A DNA stretch of 64,000 nucleotides from Selaginella moellendorffii. Taxonomy: Eukaryota > Plantae > Lycopodiophyta. The notes under the pieces were generated by a model. The model searched no databases. It was not told where the DNA came from and saw only the letters and a program-made list of their open reading frames with translations. Positions 1 to 12,710 of the stretch are shown piece after piece. Location: assembly GCF_000143415.4 (NCBI RefSeq), contig NW_003314274.1, forward strand, positions 1,316,851-1,380,850. Direction: 5' to 3'. Positions within the stretch are counted from its first letter, which is position 1; every line of letters starts with the position of its first letter. The position numbers were made by a program, and so were the translations under genes.

Positions 1-3000
1 ATACTTAGGGACTATATCTATAAAACTTTATAGATAAGATCAATTGTTAGGCATACTTACATATTTTGAAGTCTGTTGGCGTTACTACTATGGCAAGCCT
101 AGTTATTATATATCATTCATGGAGAGAGTGGTACAAGGTTTTGGTATGCAATATATTCCCCTTGTACATTTACTTATCAGTTACTCTTAAGAGCTAGCAC
201 CTAATTTCCCAATCAATTTCAAAATGGGGTTGGTTTTCCTTTAAAGGCCAAATGTCTAAGATATTTTTTATATGAAAGTTTTAAAACTTTCTCAAATAAA
301 AAATGTTTTTTTACACAACGTATCTATCTTGCTCAAGTGTGATCCACGTTAAAAGATTTTTACTTCACAAAATTTTATTGTTTATTAATCTAGATTCATG
401 ATTGATCCAACATCTATTAGCCTAATTATTAACAAATGCATTTCTACCTATGGGTATCCAAGCTTTATTGTGGATTGTTAAAGTTCCTATAATAGCCTAA
501 GATTGCATAAAATTGTAACAATTTTTTAGTAGGTAAAATTTTATAAATTCTTTGTAGGTTATAATACTCAGGATTTGCATCTAACTCGGATAAGCAGACT
601 ATCTCTTTGTGTAAGAAGAATCTTGGTACTATTTTCTTTTTATATAGGTAACTCCACAAATATAAATTTGCTTACTCTGTATACCTACAAAGTAATCTAG
701 GTGTATTATTACACCTTTTTTGATAATAGTAAATGTGCCAAGAGTCAGACTTCTGTATACCTTGAGTAGAATATTGTCAAATATTTCACTCAGTAATTCG
801 TCAAGTTATTTAAGCAATTTCGTTTGATCTATCATTCGTTGGCCTACTTAGGCATATAAGATAGTTTAGTTTTTGCTTTCTTATACTTTTGACTAGTCAT
901 ACAGAGTGGGGATCAACTTTCATCTGGGTCTATAAGTAAAATGTATCTATTTTGTCTACCCTAATTCTTCCATTCAACTTTTATTAAGACAATGAAGGGT
1001 TATCAATCCTCAATCTTTCCACTTAGGAGCACAGGAGGTCCTTCCCTTTTTGTCTATGTTTAATGTGGTTAAAATTAATTGAATGCAAGGTCTTTAACAC
1101 GTGATAGCTAATTTTAGAGTAGTTTGTTTGCTTTATAGTGGGTCTTACCCTTTAGTTTATAACCAACCTTGTCTTTACAACTATGGAATTAGAAAGAGTG
1201 GCCTATTACTCTTGGTAAATTTTAAACAAACTAGATCAACACTAGGGACTAATTTGAATAGGGAGTGGAGACTAATCCATGAAATTGTCCTATGGAATCA
1301 ATACAAGAGTCAAATTGTCTAATGCATGACAGCCTGTTATAAATCAATTTGCTTGTGGAATGACATTAGATAACTTTTCAAACATATGATAGCTAATTCA
1401 TGAAAGACTTTACTTCAAATCTAGACAATAATCACTTTAGGAGATATAGGGTGTGTTTCATGTGATTGCACTTGATTCCTTCCTATGGGCCTAGATGTGA
1501 TGTGAGTATTCTCAAAATTTATAAAAGAATGACACCTTTCACACTGAGCAGTGTTTATAAGCTTTCTGTGTATAAAAGATGAGCCTTGATTAATTCACCT
1601 AGGTATATTAAACGTAAAGTGATTTGAACAGTTAGAGCGGTTCGTAATAACCATTTTAGAATTTTTGACTTATGAGTTTTATTCGAGTCTCATATGTGTA
1701 AGTTCTTGAATTTGGCAGAAAGTCATTTAGTCTAGTACTATTCAAACCCAAGGATACTTAACCTCAAATATCCAAAAACCCTTAACCGATTGAAAAAGAG
1801 GATGCACTTTTGTTCATAAGCCCTTATATTTTAACGCTATGGATTGTCTCTCAAGTCATTCTCTTTGGTTGCTTATAATAGGCTCTTGCAATATGCATAA
1901 GAGGTTTAAACTTGGGATAAATTTACTTTCAAACCATATTTGAGTAGTAGTCCAAACTAAAAGACCTTAAATCAAAGCTTTAAGATAGCATAATGTTCTA
2001 ATTGTAATTCTACCTCTATCGAAGCCTTGTAAGATTTGGGTGAATAATTCCCTTATTTCACTCAAACAAGCTTTTATGAAAATGAGTAAGGCTTTTTCTA
2101 CATATACTCATGTTCTCACCCCTATCTACAAAATAGTGACAAATAAACAAAGACAAAGATGTAAAGAAAAAGTAGAAGAAAAAGAATGAGAAGAGAATAG
2201 AAAAGAACTTAGTTTCAAACCCTAAAGACATGAGTAAAGATAAGCATATGTCACTCTCTCAATTCTACTTTGCATAAATAGTCATAGTTGGGAGAAAAGA
2301 TGAATAATTCAATACAAATGCATACAACACTAAGTGGGGGTTCTTTTCTAATACGTCTAAGTATTACTTATATATTACATGATTTTATAACCATTTCTAA
2401 CTGTTTCGGGTTTTTCTTCTTTGGATGCCTAACTTTAAGCATAACACCATTTCACTTATGGTTTTTTCTTTTGCTCTATCTAGGATGATACACAAAATAA
2501 AAACATTTACCTTTTCATCAAACAACTCTAGCAATACTTTAGTAATGGTGATGATCATCCCATCCACCCCAACATTGTTTGGAGTGGTGAGAACCTTTTG
2601 GCAACCAAACTGTAGCTTGGTATATAGTCAAATGCAAGATTCTAAATATTGCATCTTAGAGTTGCCAAGGGAGCTTGGTGTCACTACTGAAGGAGCTGGG
2701 GAAGGTGTGGAGGTGCTTGCTACAAATGCTTTGGTAGAAGCCTTAGACTCTCATATTTTGAATAGCCATCTTGAGAAATCTTAAGGACATGGTGAGTAGA
2801 GCCATGTTAAGGGAATAAGAAGATTGGTAAAGTACTTGACTTATAGCTCTATTATGCTATGTGAATGCAATATGTTTTCACATGGAATGAGCAAGCATCA
2901 AGGTAAACATGCTAGGTATATTGGTGTTATTGGACAATAGGAATCCTAGTTTGTGTCATCTACAAGAGAGAACCAATTCTATAAAGAAATAACTTCTTTT

Positions 3001-5549
3001 CTCAAACTTTATATGTATATTGATTTCTAGGACATGCAAACATATTTACTCCCAGAATTTGGATGTCATGCCTAGCCTTCTTGTTACCACTTGAGCTTGT
3101 GAGAAGATCAAGCATGTCTAAGCCTCAAACACCTTTGCAACCTTTATATCTATAGTGAATGTCATAGGGACTAAACAACAATATCAATAGCACACTCTCA
3201 CATAGGTGATATTAGTGAAACTATAAGCATGAATACTTGACACTGCTCTTGGGCCATTCACCTCCCAAATGACTTCAATGTGAGATTTAAAGCCATCTAC
3301 TACACTCCATAGCACACAAGACTTGCCATGGAGCGCTCCACCTTCAACATGCCTCCAATGTTAAAATAGTGTTTAATTATGATGTGATTCCAACTTATAG
3401 TTCCAAGCTAGATATGAATGTCACCAATTGATTTGAATCCACAAGCCTCATGATCCATCCATTCTTCTAATAGAAGAAAAAATTAATGCTCTAACTATGT
3501 TAGTTGTAAGAAAACTCTAGATGGGCATATCACTTCTTTCATTTTCTATATCTAACTACTCTTTTCCTCTTATTAATTGTAGCATCTGGTTAGTTATACA
3601 TTCTTTCTATGAAAAATACTTCCTTGGCTAAGCTAATGTAAAGTGTAAATTGCAACCAAGCATAATACTATAGGAGAAATCTCAAGTGTAGGGCCATTGC
3701 TAATGAAACAACTCTAGAAAAATTCATAATGTTCACACTTTATGAGAAATATATAAACTTAAATAAGTTATGGGACTACCTCTTTTTCTAACATAAAATA
3801 TTCAAATATTGACTAACTATCAACAATAGAAAATGAACAATGGAGTTAGCCACCTTTACTACTCTATATATTATCCAACTTATAGAGGATGATATGCCCT
3901 TGCCCAAAAGTGACAAAGAGAGAGAGAAGCTAAAGGCCTCAACCCTTATATGGTTATATCTTTGTAACAAAAATTAAGAATATCATGAGAGAGGTAAGTA
4001 ATATAACTAGTCAATAATAGTTATCCCATGACTACAAATTTTACCATACATACCAAGTGTTAATGCCAGTCTACATATACTAACCCAAGCTTCAAGATCA
4101 ATATAATGGATAGTATCAAAATCATATATAAAGATAATTTAGAGATTTAGTAAATTTTCAAGTTTTTCCTATAGACTATCTCCTTAGACTGAGATGAAAG
4201 TATAAAGTGAGCTTTTAAATAGGTAAAGGGGAGGGGGGTGTTCCAAATATATAGTAAGGATAGTAACTAGGTTAGATATGGTTAACCAACTTTAGATGTT
4301 ATTTGGCTTCTTATTTAGTGTGTTTATTTTTGTTTTACATCTAACTTGGATTTAAGCCCAAACTCTATATCATATTCATTGGTGAAGCATGTATATCTTT
4401 GCATTAAACCATTAGTATGCTAAAGTAATGCTAAACTTTATTTAACTTTATTTTGCATATTAGTTTTGGCATTAAGATGTTAAAAGCTCTAAAACTATTC
4501 TAATGTTGTTGTGTATTTTTATTTTTTTCTCTTTAACTGTATATTCAAGAGTTCAATCCCCTCCTTTCATTTAGTAGCCCAAGGCCTTAAAACCTAGATC
4601 CCACTCTATTGCCTTTAACACATACATTTAAGAATTAGATTCTACTATATGGTTAGAGTGAACTATGTGTGGTATATTTATCCTTATTTATTCCCCAATG
4701 TTCTAAAGATTTATGGTGATAATATATCCAAATCTCATCCTATAATCACATATGTTACAATTTTTTAAGTCTCAATTCACAATCTACTCATTATTACTTC
4801 AAAGCCTTACAATAATTAATTGATCTCCTTATAAGACCTTAGTGTCTTGTAGGGTAGTGCCTTATTATCTTGAGGAATGGCAAAACTAAGGTTTATATGG
4901 ATTTAGGGTTTTAAGGGTGTAATAGAATATTCTTTTTAAATCTCACATTCAAGAGCTTGTCCAATAAAAATCACACCACCACCATCAAGCTCCAATTAAA
5001 AAATTTAATTGAATTGCTAACAAGAAAATCCACCTCTTGCTAGTGCTTATAAACTTGTAGCCATAGGTAAGATTTTCTTAAAATATGCATCAATGAAAAC
5101 ATTGTTGTAGAAAGGATTGAGCTCTTAGCAGAGTTGCCATATCTCTTCCATTATCTTCTCCATTATTAAGATTTATTAGAAAAAATAATCCTATCCCATC
5201 CCAGTTTGCCAGTATCATAGTTGTTATGATTCTTTGGTACTCTCAACACTATTTATAGAACTTGCTAGTTTCACCTTAAAATAGAAAGAAATTCTTTTAT
5301 ATCCTTATAATTGTAAGACACAAATGCATAAGTCCCAAAGTGGAGCGGAATGTGAGATATATGGCAGTGGCCAAAGTGGAAGTCCCATAAACATAACACA
5401 TTTTGATAAAAAGTTCCAACTCAAAAAGTCAAGAGTAAAAATGAAACTCCCAAAGAAGTGTTTGAGAAATGAATATAAAGTGATTGATAAATGAATCTCT
5501 AGAAAAGGACAAAAGAATGATCAACATGTGGCAAATGTCATAGAAGTGT

Positions 5550-5710
5550 CAAGACCAAGTCTAAAACCAATACTCAATTTGAGACTAAGTCCAAAATTGA
5601 GTCTAAGACCAAGATTAAAATTGAGACTTAGTTTGAGACTAAATCCAAGTTCAAATCTGAATTTAAGTTTGAGTCTAAATCCAAAATCGAGTTTGAGTTT
5701 GAGTCCAAGG
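5550..5710. repeat. Degenerate 6-bp-period tandem repeat (ccaagt/ttgagt-like)
   Basis: Periodic ccaagt/ctaaaa/ttgaga/ttgagt units; translation gives an L-x-L-x-P pattern. Confidence 0.7.
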
Positions 5711-6384
5711 GTGAAAGCCTAAAGCAATTGTCTTCAAAACCATATAGGGCTTAGTAAGTCCTTGCATAATAGTAGGGAGAGGATTCCAAGGGTAGTGTGG
5801 CAAGAGAAGGCTAGTAATCTAAGGAATGTTATACCCATGTGATAAATAATGATATGAACACTAGGGAGTTCAAGGCTAAAGTGAACATGAATAGACAAGT
5901 GGTGTGACTTAATGAAATTTTCAATAACCAACTCTAATTCCTTTGGGAAAGTGAATGCTTAATGTTCCCAATCCAAGTGTGGGTGGCATTAGCTATTTAG
6001 ATACATTGCATAGCTCATTAGAACCTTGCCCTAGCTACATAACTAGGGCATCCTAGTGGTGGGAGTACCCATGAGGCTTATGTTAGGCTATGATATTTTG
6101 AAATATTGTCCTAAAGTCTTTGACCTTACTTTGTAACTAAGAGTATAATTATATAGTGAGGAAGTCCTAGAGGTTAGGGGGACTTAATGGATAGGTTTTC
6201 AGGTCCTAAATTAATAGTGATATTAATAAGTATTGCCATGGACAGAGAGGAATTTGAAGATCAAAGAAGGGATATTAAAGGATGATGTTCTTTATATCTA
6301 TGGGCATCCTAAAGATGATAAAGTGTGGCCACTCCTAGATAAATAGCCCAATTTTAGAGAGATAATATTGTGGTATAGATGTAT

Positions 6385-8200
6385 AAGCAACTAAAAAGAA
6401 TGACTTGAGAGACGATCCATAGGGGTTCAAATATAAATGGTTAAGGGTCTTGGGATATTTAGAATTAAGAATCCTTAGGTTTGAATAATACTACCTTCTG
6501 GGAAGTCTAAATTCATAAGTTTATATTTGATATTAAAGAGGTCTCAAAGTCCAACCCTATTTATTAGTTTAGGGAAATCACACCATATATTAAAATTGAC
6601 ATCTAGTCTGTTTAGTTTGCCTCTAACTAAGATTAACCCAAAGGGTAGGGTATCAAGAAAGCAAGGCTTTTGGGAGAGCTATGGCTCTCATCTTTTATTC
6701 ATGAGAGCATAAACTTGTATGAAAGTGTGGTAGATTGTAAACAATCAAAGAGAATGACTCAAAAGACGATTCATAAGAGTTTAAATATAAAAGGAAAAGG
6801 CTCATAAATAAAAATGCACCCCCTTTTCCAATCCATTAAGGGTTTTAAAATATTTGGGGTTAAGCATCCTTAGGTTTAAATAGTACTAGATTAGATGACC
6901 TCTTGGGAAGTTTAAATTCAAGAGTTTACAAGGTGATCTTAGACTACTAATATGATAATAAGGATGGATATAACTTTAATATAAAAAGTTAGTACTTTTG
7001 TGGTACTTTAGGTATCTAAAGTAGGACTAGATACATGAAGCATTTAAACCAAATGTAAAATAGTGTGGCTTTGAGATAATCTTTAGGGGCTAGTAAATTT
7101 TCTAAATTGGGATGTGGACTTATGGAAATTGTGAGTGAGACTTTTTTAAATGGTCAAAAACATGGTTAAATGACTAAAATAAAATAGAAAATTTAATTAT
7201 TTACAACTTGGTATCAAAAATGTTCCTTAGTTTAATTTTTATTGGTGGTCAAATATATCATCTCTTTGATATTAACATCTGAAGGTCTCATAAGTGGGGT
7301 TATACTCTAGGAGTAGTGTGTCAAAAGAGCATAGCTCTCCACTTTAATTTATATGATCTTATAGGTATTGTGGTGGATAAAAAGGGGGATTAATAAAGTA
7401 ACAACTTTGGGATTTTGGAAACTATAGAAGGTTTTCCTCAAATAATTAAAATGTGATCTATATAAGAGTTTAACTTAACAAACTAGCTTTAATATAATTA
7501 TAATAAACAATTATGGTTGGGCTCCCTTGAAAGATGGGGACTCCTATACATTAAAGGAGTTATAAGATTATTCTTATGTAGTTGTGGATGGTACTTATGA
7601 ATTTAAGAATAACCATGGTATAAGCAACAATAAAAAATGACTCAAAAGATAATTTATAAAAGTTCAAAAATAATAGGAAAGAGCCCATGAATAAAAATGC
7701 ACCCCTTTTTCAATTAATTAAGAGTTTTTTGATACTTAGGGTTAAGTGTCCTTGGGTTTGAGTAATACTAAGTTAGGTGACCTCTCAGGAAATCAAAATT
7801 CAAGAGTTTACATTTGGTATTGAAATGGTTTTAGATTCAACTTTAGTAATTGGTAAGGGGAATTATATTATATATTGAGATTGACATCTAGCATGTATAG
7901 CTTACTCTAACTAGGCTTAACTTGAGGGTAGGGTGTCAAGAGAATGGGGCTCTTGGAAGAGTTGTAGCTTTCAACTTCCATTTATGAAGGCGTGAATTTG
8001 TAAAAAAACATGGTCTAAACAACCAAAAAGAACAACTTAAGAGATGATTCATAAAGTTCAAATATAAAAGAAAAGAGACTATAAACAAAAGTGCACCCCT
8101 TTTTTTAATCAATTAAGGATTTTAAAATATTTATTGTTAGTGTCCTTGGGTTTGAATGGGTTAGGTGATGTCTTGGGAAATCCAAATTCATGAGCTTACA
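6385..8200. repeat. Degenerate ~360-400 bp direct repeat, about 4 full or partial copies (~6385, ~6740, ~7620, ~8015)
   Basis: Recurring aaagaatgact...ttcaaatataaa, aaaatgcacccc, ccttgggttt, ttgacatctag and gggtagggt(a/g)tcaaga motifs. Confidence 0.75.
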
Positions 8201-8739
8201 CATAAATGGTTAAATACAAATGAGAATATATGTGAAAATATAATTGGGTGTCAAAATAATATGAATGGTGTTAATGGTCTTAATAAAGTTCAAAAACAAT
8301 ATGACTTAGTGGAATTAAAGGATAATTTCTGTAGCACATATGATCCTAAAATATACTATCACCATGGATATTCCTATCCTTAAAATTGAGGTTATACATA
8401 TTGAGTATGTTTTATCCACCATGAGATTGCAATACAAGTGGATAATTAATTTATACAATTTAATAAATTCAATGTGGAAATGAAAGTGTTAATTCCCTTT
8501 AGCTCAATAAAAGTTATTAGCTCAATATATGTGATCATTTTGAATGTTTACAATCAACAATTGAAGAACCTTAAACCCCAAAAAGATGCTACTACCTAAA
8601 GTGATAGAGATGACCATGGCAACCAGCAAAGAGGAAGAGGATTAGAAGTGTCACGAGAAGTATTTGCTGCCAGTTCAAAGAAAACTATGAGAAGTTTGTG
8701 AGCTTTTATCTTCCCTTCACATCCCAAGCATCATCGTTC

Positions 8740-9775
8740 CTCAGATCCTAGCCAATGAGCTTCTGGGACTTAGCTCGGCATTGGCCTTGATTCTCGCCAG
8801 TGGCGAGTAGAGGGATGAACCATCNNNNNNNNNNNNNNNNNNNNNNNNNNNNNNNNNNNNNNNNNNNNNNNNNNNNNNNNNNNNNNNNNNNNNNNNNNNN
8901 NNNNNNNNNNNNNNNNNNNNNNNNTTTGTACCGTGGCACAAAGCTTGACTCCCAGCATGCTACCGACTTTGAGCTCGCACATTGTCGCAGCAGCGGAGTT
9001 AAAAGCCCCGTCAATCTCTCCCACCACCCCACCTTCTTCTAAATCCCCTCGCCTTTCTCGACGTAGGGGAGCCATATTGGTGAGGTTTCCAATGAGTGCT
9101 ACCAGGGGGTCCACAAAAGGAGACTGCCGGCTTGCGAGAAGCTGCTGTGTGTCGGATCGGATTCGAGCAGAGGTTTGGTGATCCATGAGATTCCTCCATC
9201 TTCTGGTGTACACAAAACGTGCTGGCTCTAGAAACGACGAACCATTGTCCTTGGTCTTCGGTGGAGCCGGTTCTAACACCCATTCTTCGCTCGTCGGAGC
9301 TCTCCTTAGCTCGAGGGCGAGCTATTCCCATCGTTTCGGCGGTTTTCTACACCACGAGTTCCGCGAGGTCGCCGACAGTGCTCGTGCTGATCTTGTCGAG
9401 GTTGCTGGTCGGCTCAGGTCTCGGCATGGCAGTGACAGTGATACATTGCCGGAGATCCGTGGGACGCTGTCCACGCTGCCACAGTTCATTGATTTGTGCT
9501 CCAGAGGCTGAGGAACAAGACGGACATCTCAGGTGAATCCTCTTGGTTTTCGTTCTTTGTTTATACTCACAACTTCTTTTCATCTTTCCAGCGGAGTTGG
9601 CACTGTTGGTGGAAGGATTGGGTGTGAAACCGGCGGTTCATTGGTGGATCCGACCACAATGCCTTCCATGATGGAATTCCCTTGTATTCCCAGCTCGGGC
9701 TTGAGGCAGTGTAATGCTCCTGGAAAGAAAGATCACACTGGATGAGCAAAGGTTGAGAAAGCAATGTACCTGCGA
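8740..9775 (-). pseudogene. Tonoplast monosaccharide/sugar transporter (TMT/TST-like) pseudogene with internal inversion (~9290-9640)
   Basis: Minus strand: GALHCLKPELGIQGNSIMEGIVVGS, EEWVLEPA, GISWITKP, DPLVALIG, MVHPS. Plus strand (inverted block): LVGALLSS, SRLLVGSGLGMAVTV, PEIRGTLSTLPQF, VLQRLRNKTDISAELALLVEGLG. Multiple deletions and frameshifts; N-gap 8825-8923. Confidence 0.75.
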
Positions 9776-9790
9776 TTTTAACCGCGCTTG

Positions 9791-11128
9791 TTATTTTTTG
9801 CCTCGGGCATATTCTACGATCATCGGTCTTCCTTTAAGCATGTATCCGTGCACAAGTTGCAATGCACGGGTTGCTGCCACTACGTCTGGAATGTTCAAGA
9901 TTTCACGTACTGCCAAGATAAACAAGATGCGAACCTGGGAATGTAACAAAGGCTTGACCCTTCATTCGTCCTTTTTGCATTAGTCGGAAAAGAATTTGAT
10001 CGTCTGGTTGTTTCTTAAATCGAAGAAACAATGCGGCTAGATCCTCCTCTGTGACTTCCGAGCACAGATTCTTGACGTAGAGAACCTGAGAAAGAAGCGA
10101 TTCAGCCTTTACCTAGCCACAAAATGAACTTACGTTTGAAGGCACACCTTGCTGGTGGTCTCGGAACTTTCCATCCGACCATTTCTGCAACTCCTTGAAA
10201 GAAAGCCGGTTCGAGGCGATATTCTCTTCAGAAACCATGGGGGGATTCGTTTCCTCGTTCCCGGTACTTTTAGCGTCCTGAGTGGCTTCATCCAGATAGG
10301 TGTCCAGATCCAGCAGTGGTGGAGCTGAAGATGAAAACACTTCCGATGACGATCTCGAAATCTCTTTCCCAGATTGCATTCGTGCTCGTTCCTAGTTATC
10401 AAAACCTCAAAATCAGAGAACGAAAGGAAGTTGGCGACAGTGAAAACTACCTCCGGCGTAGTGCCACAGCAAACGACGCTGAGCTCAGGCAAAGGTTTTC
10501 GGAGAGAAACACCTGGATCAAAACAAATACTGAAGGATACTTGTAAAACCACACAAAAAAGAAAGCTACCTTCCACAGTAAGATGTGCTATATCTTGCAA
10601 TCTTTGCTTTCCTTCGATCAAAGAAACTTCCAGCTCCTTCTCATGGCGTCCCATTTCTTGCTTCACAGCTATGGAGCTCTCTCGAGAAAGAGCTTGCTTC
10701 TTTCGTTCCATCTCTTGACTTTGGAAGAACACCGGGTCTGGACCATACCTCTGGCGTTTGCATTTTTCCTAGAAAATGAAAGAAGACCAGAAAAAACTCT
10801 AGCTCCAAGAACAAAGAAAGAAATTCTTCACCTCAGGCTTTTGGATCCCCCCCTCGTCTTGTTGCGAGCGAAATTCTGCCAAAGTCGAGACTCCTCCAGC
10901 CCCGTGAATGCCTCGATAGAAAGATTGTGTAGCTCCCTTGAATTCCACTTGCTCTAATCTATCCATCCAGCAAGAATGTGAGCCAAATAAACCATAGACT
11001 CGCGCGATCCATGGATCGATCGATCGAACATACCTTGCAGAAGTAGAGAGCTGTCTATCGAGGAGATGCTGGAGCATAAACTCCGCGCGCGTCACCGGCG
11101 CGCCTATACCCTCGCCTTCTTCCTCCAT
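9791..11128 (-). CDS. RBM41: RBM41-like RNA-binding protein (U11/U12-65K paralog), multi-exon
   Basis: C-terminal RRM YVKNLCSEVTEEDLAALFLRF...RLMQKGRMKGQAFVTFP...ALQLVHGYMLKGRPMIVEYARGKK*, preceded by NRLSFKEL..GVPSN; N-terminal LQHLLDRQLSTS, GVSTLAEF and RHEKELEVSLIEG motifs. Confidence 0.75.
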
Positions 11129-11200
11129 TCTTCTCAAGAACCCTAAAAATATTTTGAGGTTGCGATGAGCATCGTCAGAGCGCCAAATCGCGCGCTTGCA
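11129..11200. promoter_or_regulatory. 72-bp bidirectional intergenic region with telo-box-like and E2F motifs
   Basis: aaccctaaa ~11139; GCGCCAAA (TTTGGCGC on minus) 11180-11187; lies between divergent ATGs at 11128 and 11201. Confidence 0.5.
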
Positions 11201-11857
11201 ATGGCGGGCGGCGCCGCTGCTCCTACGCCAGCGCAGCAGGGCCGCATTCTTTCCCTCGTCCAGGGATGCGCCAGGGATCAGTCTTTCGGAGGTATGGCAG
11301 GATTTCTTCTTTCCAGTGCTGGAAATCGAAGTCCATGCAGAGGGCCAGGTAGAACAGCTCAAGAAGAAGAGCGCGGAGCTCATGTCGCAGCTGGAGCTCG
11401 CAAGATCGGAGCTGGAAACGAAGAAAGCGCGCAAGAAATCCGCGGAGGAGGAGCTCAAGTGCCTCGAGGTGGAGCTTAGCAGCGTGGAAGCCACGATCCA
11501 GTCGCGACAGGTGGAAAATATTGCCGATCGATCGAAATATCTCCTTTCTTTGGCAGGCAAGGCTGGAGAGCAAGCAGCTGGAGATTGCCGATACGCGATC
11601 ACTGCTGGAAGAACTCAAGGTAGGAAAACCTCTCATGAAACTCTCTTGATCTAATCACCATCGCGATCGATCGATCCTTTCCAGCGCAAGGAGGAGCAAG
11701 ACAGGTACACATTGCTCGTTCTCGCCAAAGTATTTGACACTGATTGTTTCGATCCAGGGACCAATTCATTCAAGAATCGCTCGAGCTGAATGCGAGCATT
11801 CGCCAGCTCCAGGAGAGCTCGTTGCGAATCGTGTGTGAAGCTTGTGAACGCTGCTAG
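11201..11857 (+). CDS. Uncharacterised plant coiled-coil protein, multi-exon
   Basis: MAGG..QGRILSLVQGCARDQSFGEGQVEQLKKK..AEEELKCLEVEL..RDQFIQESLELNASIRQLQE after removing GT-AG introns. Confidence 0.7.
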
Positions 11858-11936
11858 CGTTACCAGGAATTGGCATTGGCGACTTCTATAACATTTTGGG
11901 TATTCTGTTACCAGTTTTGTTTTAGGGTTCTTCGCG

Positions 11937-12710
11937 ATGGCTAGTGGAGCTGGAAGACGCGGGAACAAGGCGGATAAGGTCTTGGAGTACGAGGCCTTCG
12001 TGGACAAACGCCTCAAGCCGGACCTTGTCCGAGCTATTGCCGAGAGGTAAAACTTTCTTCTTCTCTTTCATTTTGGTGTTTCCATTGATTCTCTTCTCCT
12101 GAGCAGGGACAAGCTCATGGAGCAGCTTAAGACTTAGTAAGTATCTATCCTTTACTATTTCGCTATAAGATCGCTAACTCTTCTTTTCTTTCTAGCTCGG
12201 ATCTTGCCACTAACATCAAGATGCTAGAAGAGAACAAGCTTGCGAGGCTAAGAACCATGGTGAACTTGGGATCCGAGATTTACTGCCAGGCAGATGTGTA
12301 AGCTTTCAGGTACTTGCCTGGCAGCAGGCTCTAAATCCTTGAGTTTCTCTTTCAGGCCAGACACGTCGCGTATCTTTGTCGACATCGGCCTTGGCTTCCA
12401 CGCGGAGCTCTCTTGGAAAGAAGCCTTGGACTTCATCACCACAAAGACAACGATCCTTGACAGGTGAGCGTACCACCAATATTTTTTTTATGTTTCTCTA
12501 GAGGACAGTTTTCAATAGGACTCATGAGCGCGATTCTAATGCCCAGGCAAATCAACGAGGAGACGAAACGTGTCGCGAGAATCAAGTCTCAAATCAAGCT
12601 GGTATTTGTTTCCGCGATTTCTTCGATTTCTCCTCCAGTGACATGATTGATCGATCTTGTTCCAGGTCTGCGAAGGCATTCGCGAGCTCTTGAATTTGGG
12701 GCCAGAGTGA
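11937..12710 (+). CDS. UXT: UXT prefoldin-alpha-like protein, multi-exon
   Basis: KVLEYEAFVDKRLKPDLVRAIAER, LRTMVNLGSEIYCQAD, PDTSRIFVDIGLGFHAELSWKEAL, VCEGIRELL. Confidence 0.9.

Larger units (their letters stand above)
1..8700. mobile_element. AT-rich degenerate repeat/transposon-derived block, family unidentified
   Basis: No credible ORFs; only a handful of CpG between ~2.4 and 8.7 kb; CAG/CTG scarce; internal degenerate repeats; abrupt switch to GC-balanced genic DNA near 8.7 kb. Confidence 0.5.

Noticed and set aside
5528-5722. 64-aa L/S/P-rich ORF
   Set aside because: Translation of a 6-bp tandem repeat
6385-8200. CRISPR-like or LTR interpretation of the repeats
   Set aside because: Eukaryotic, long degenerate units, no spacers; no TG..CA ends, PBS or pol remnants recognised
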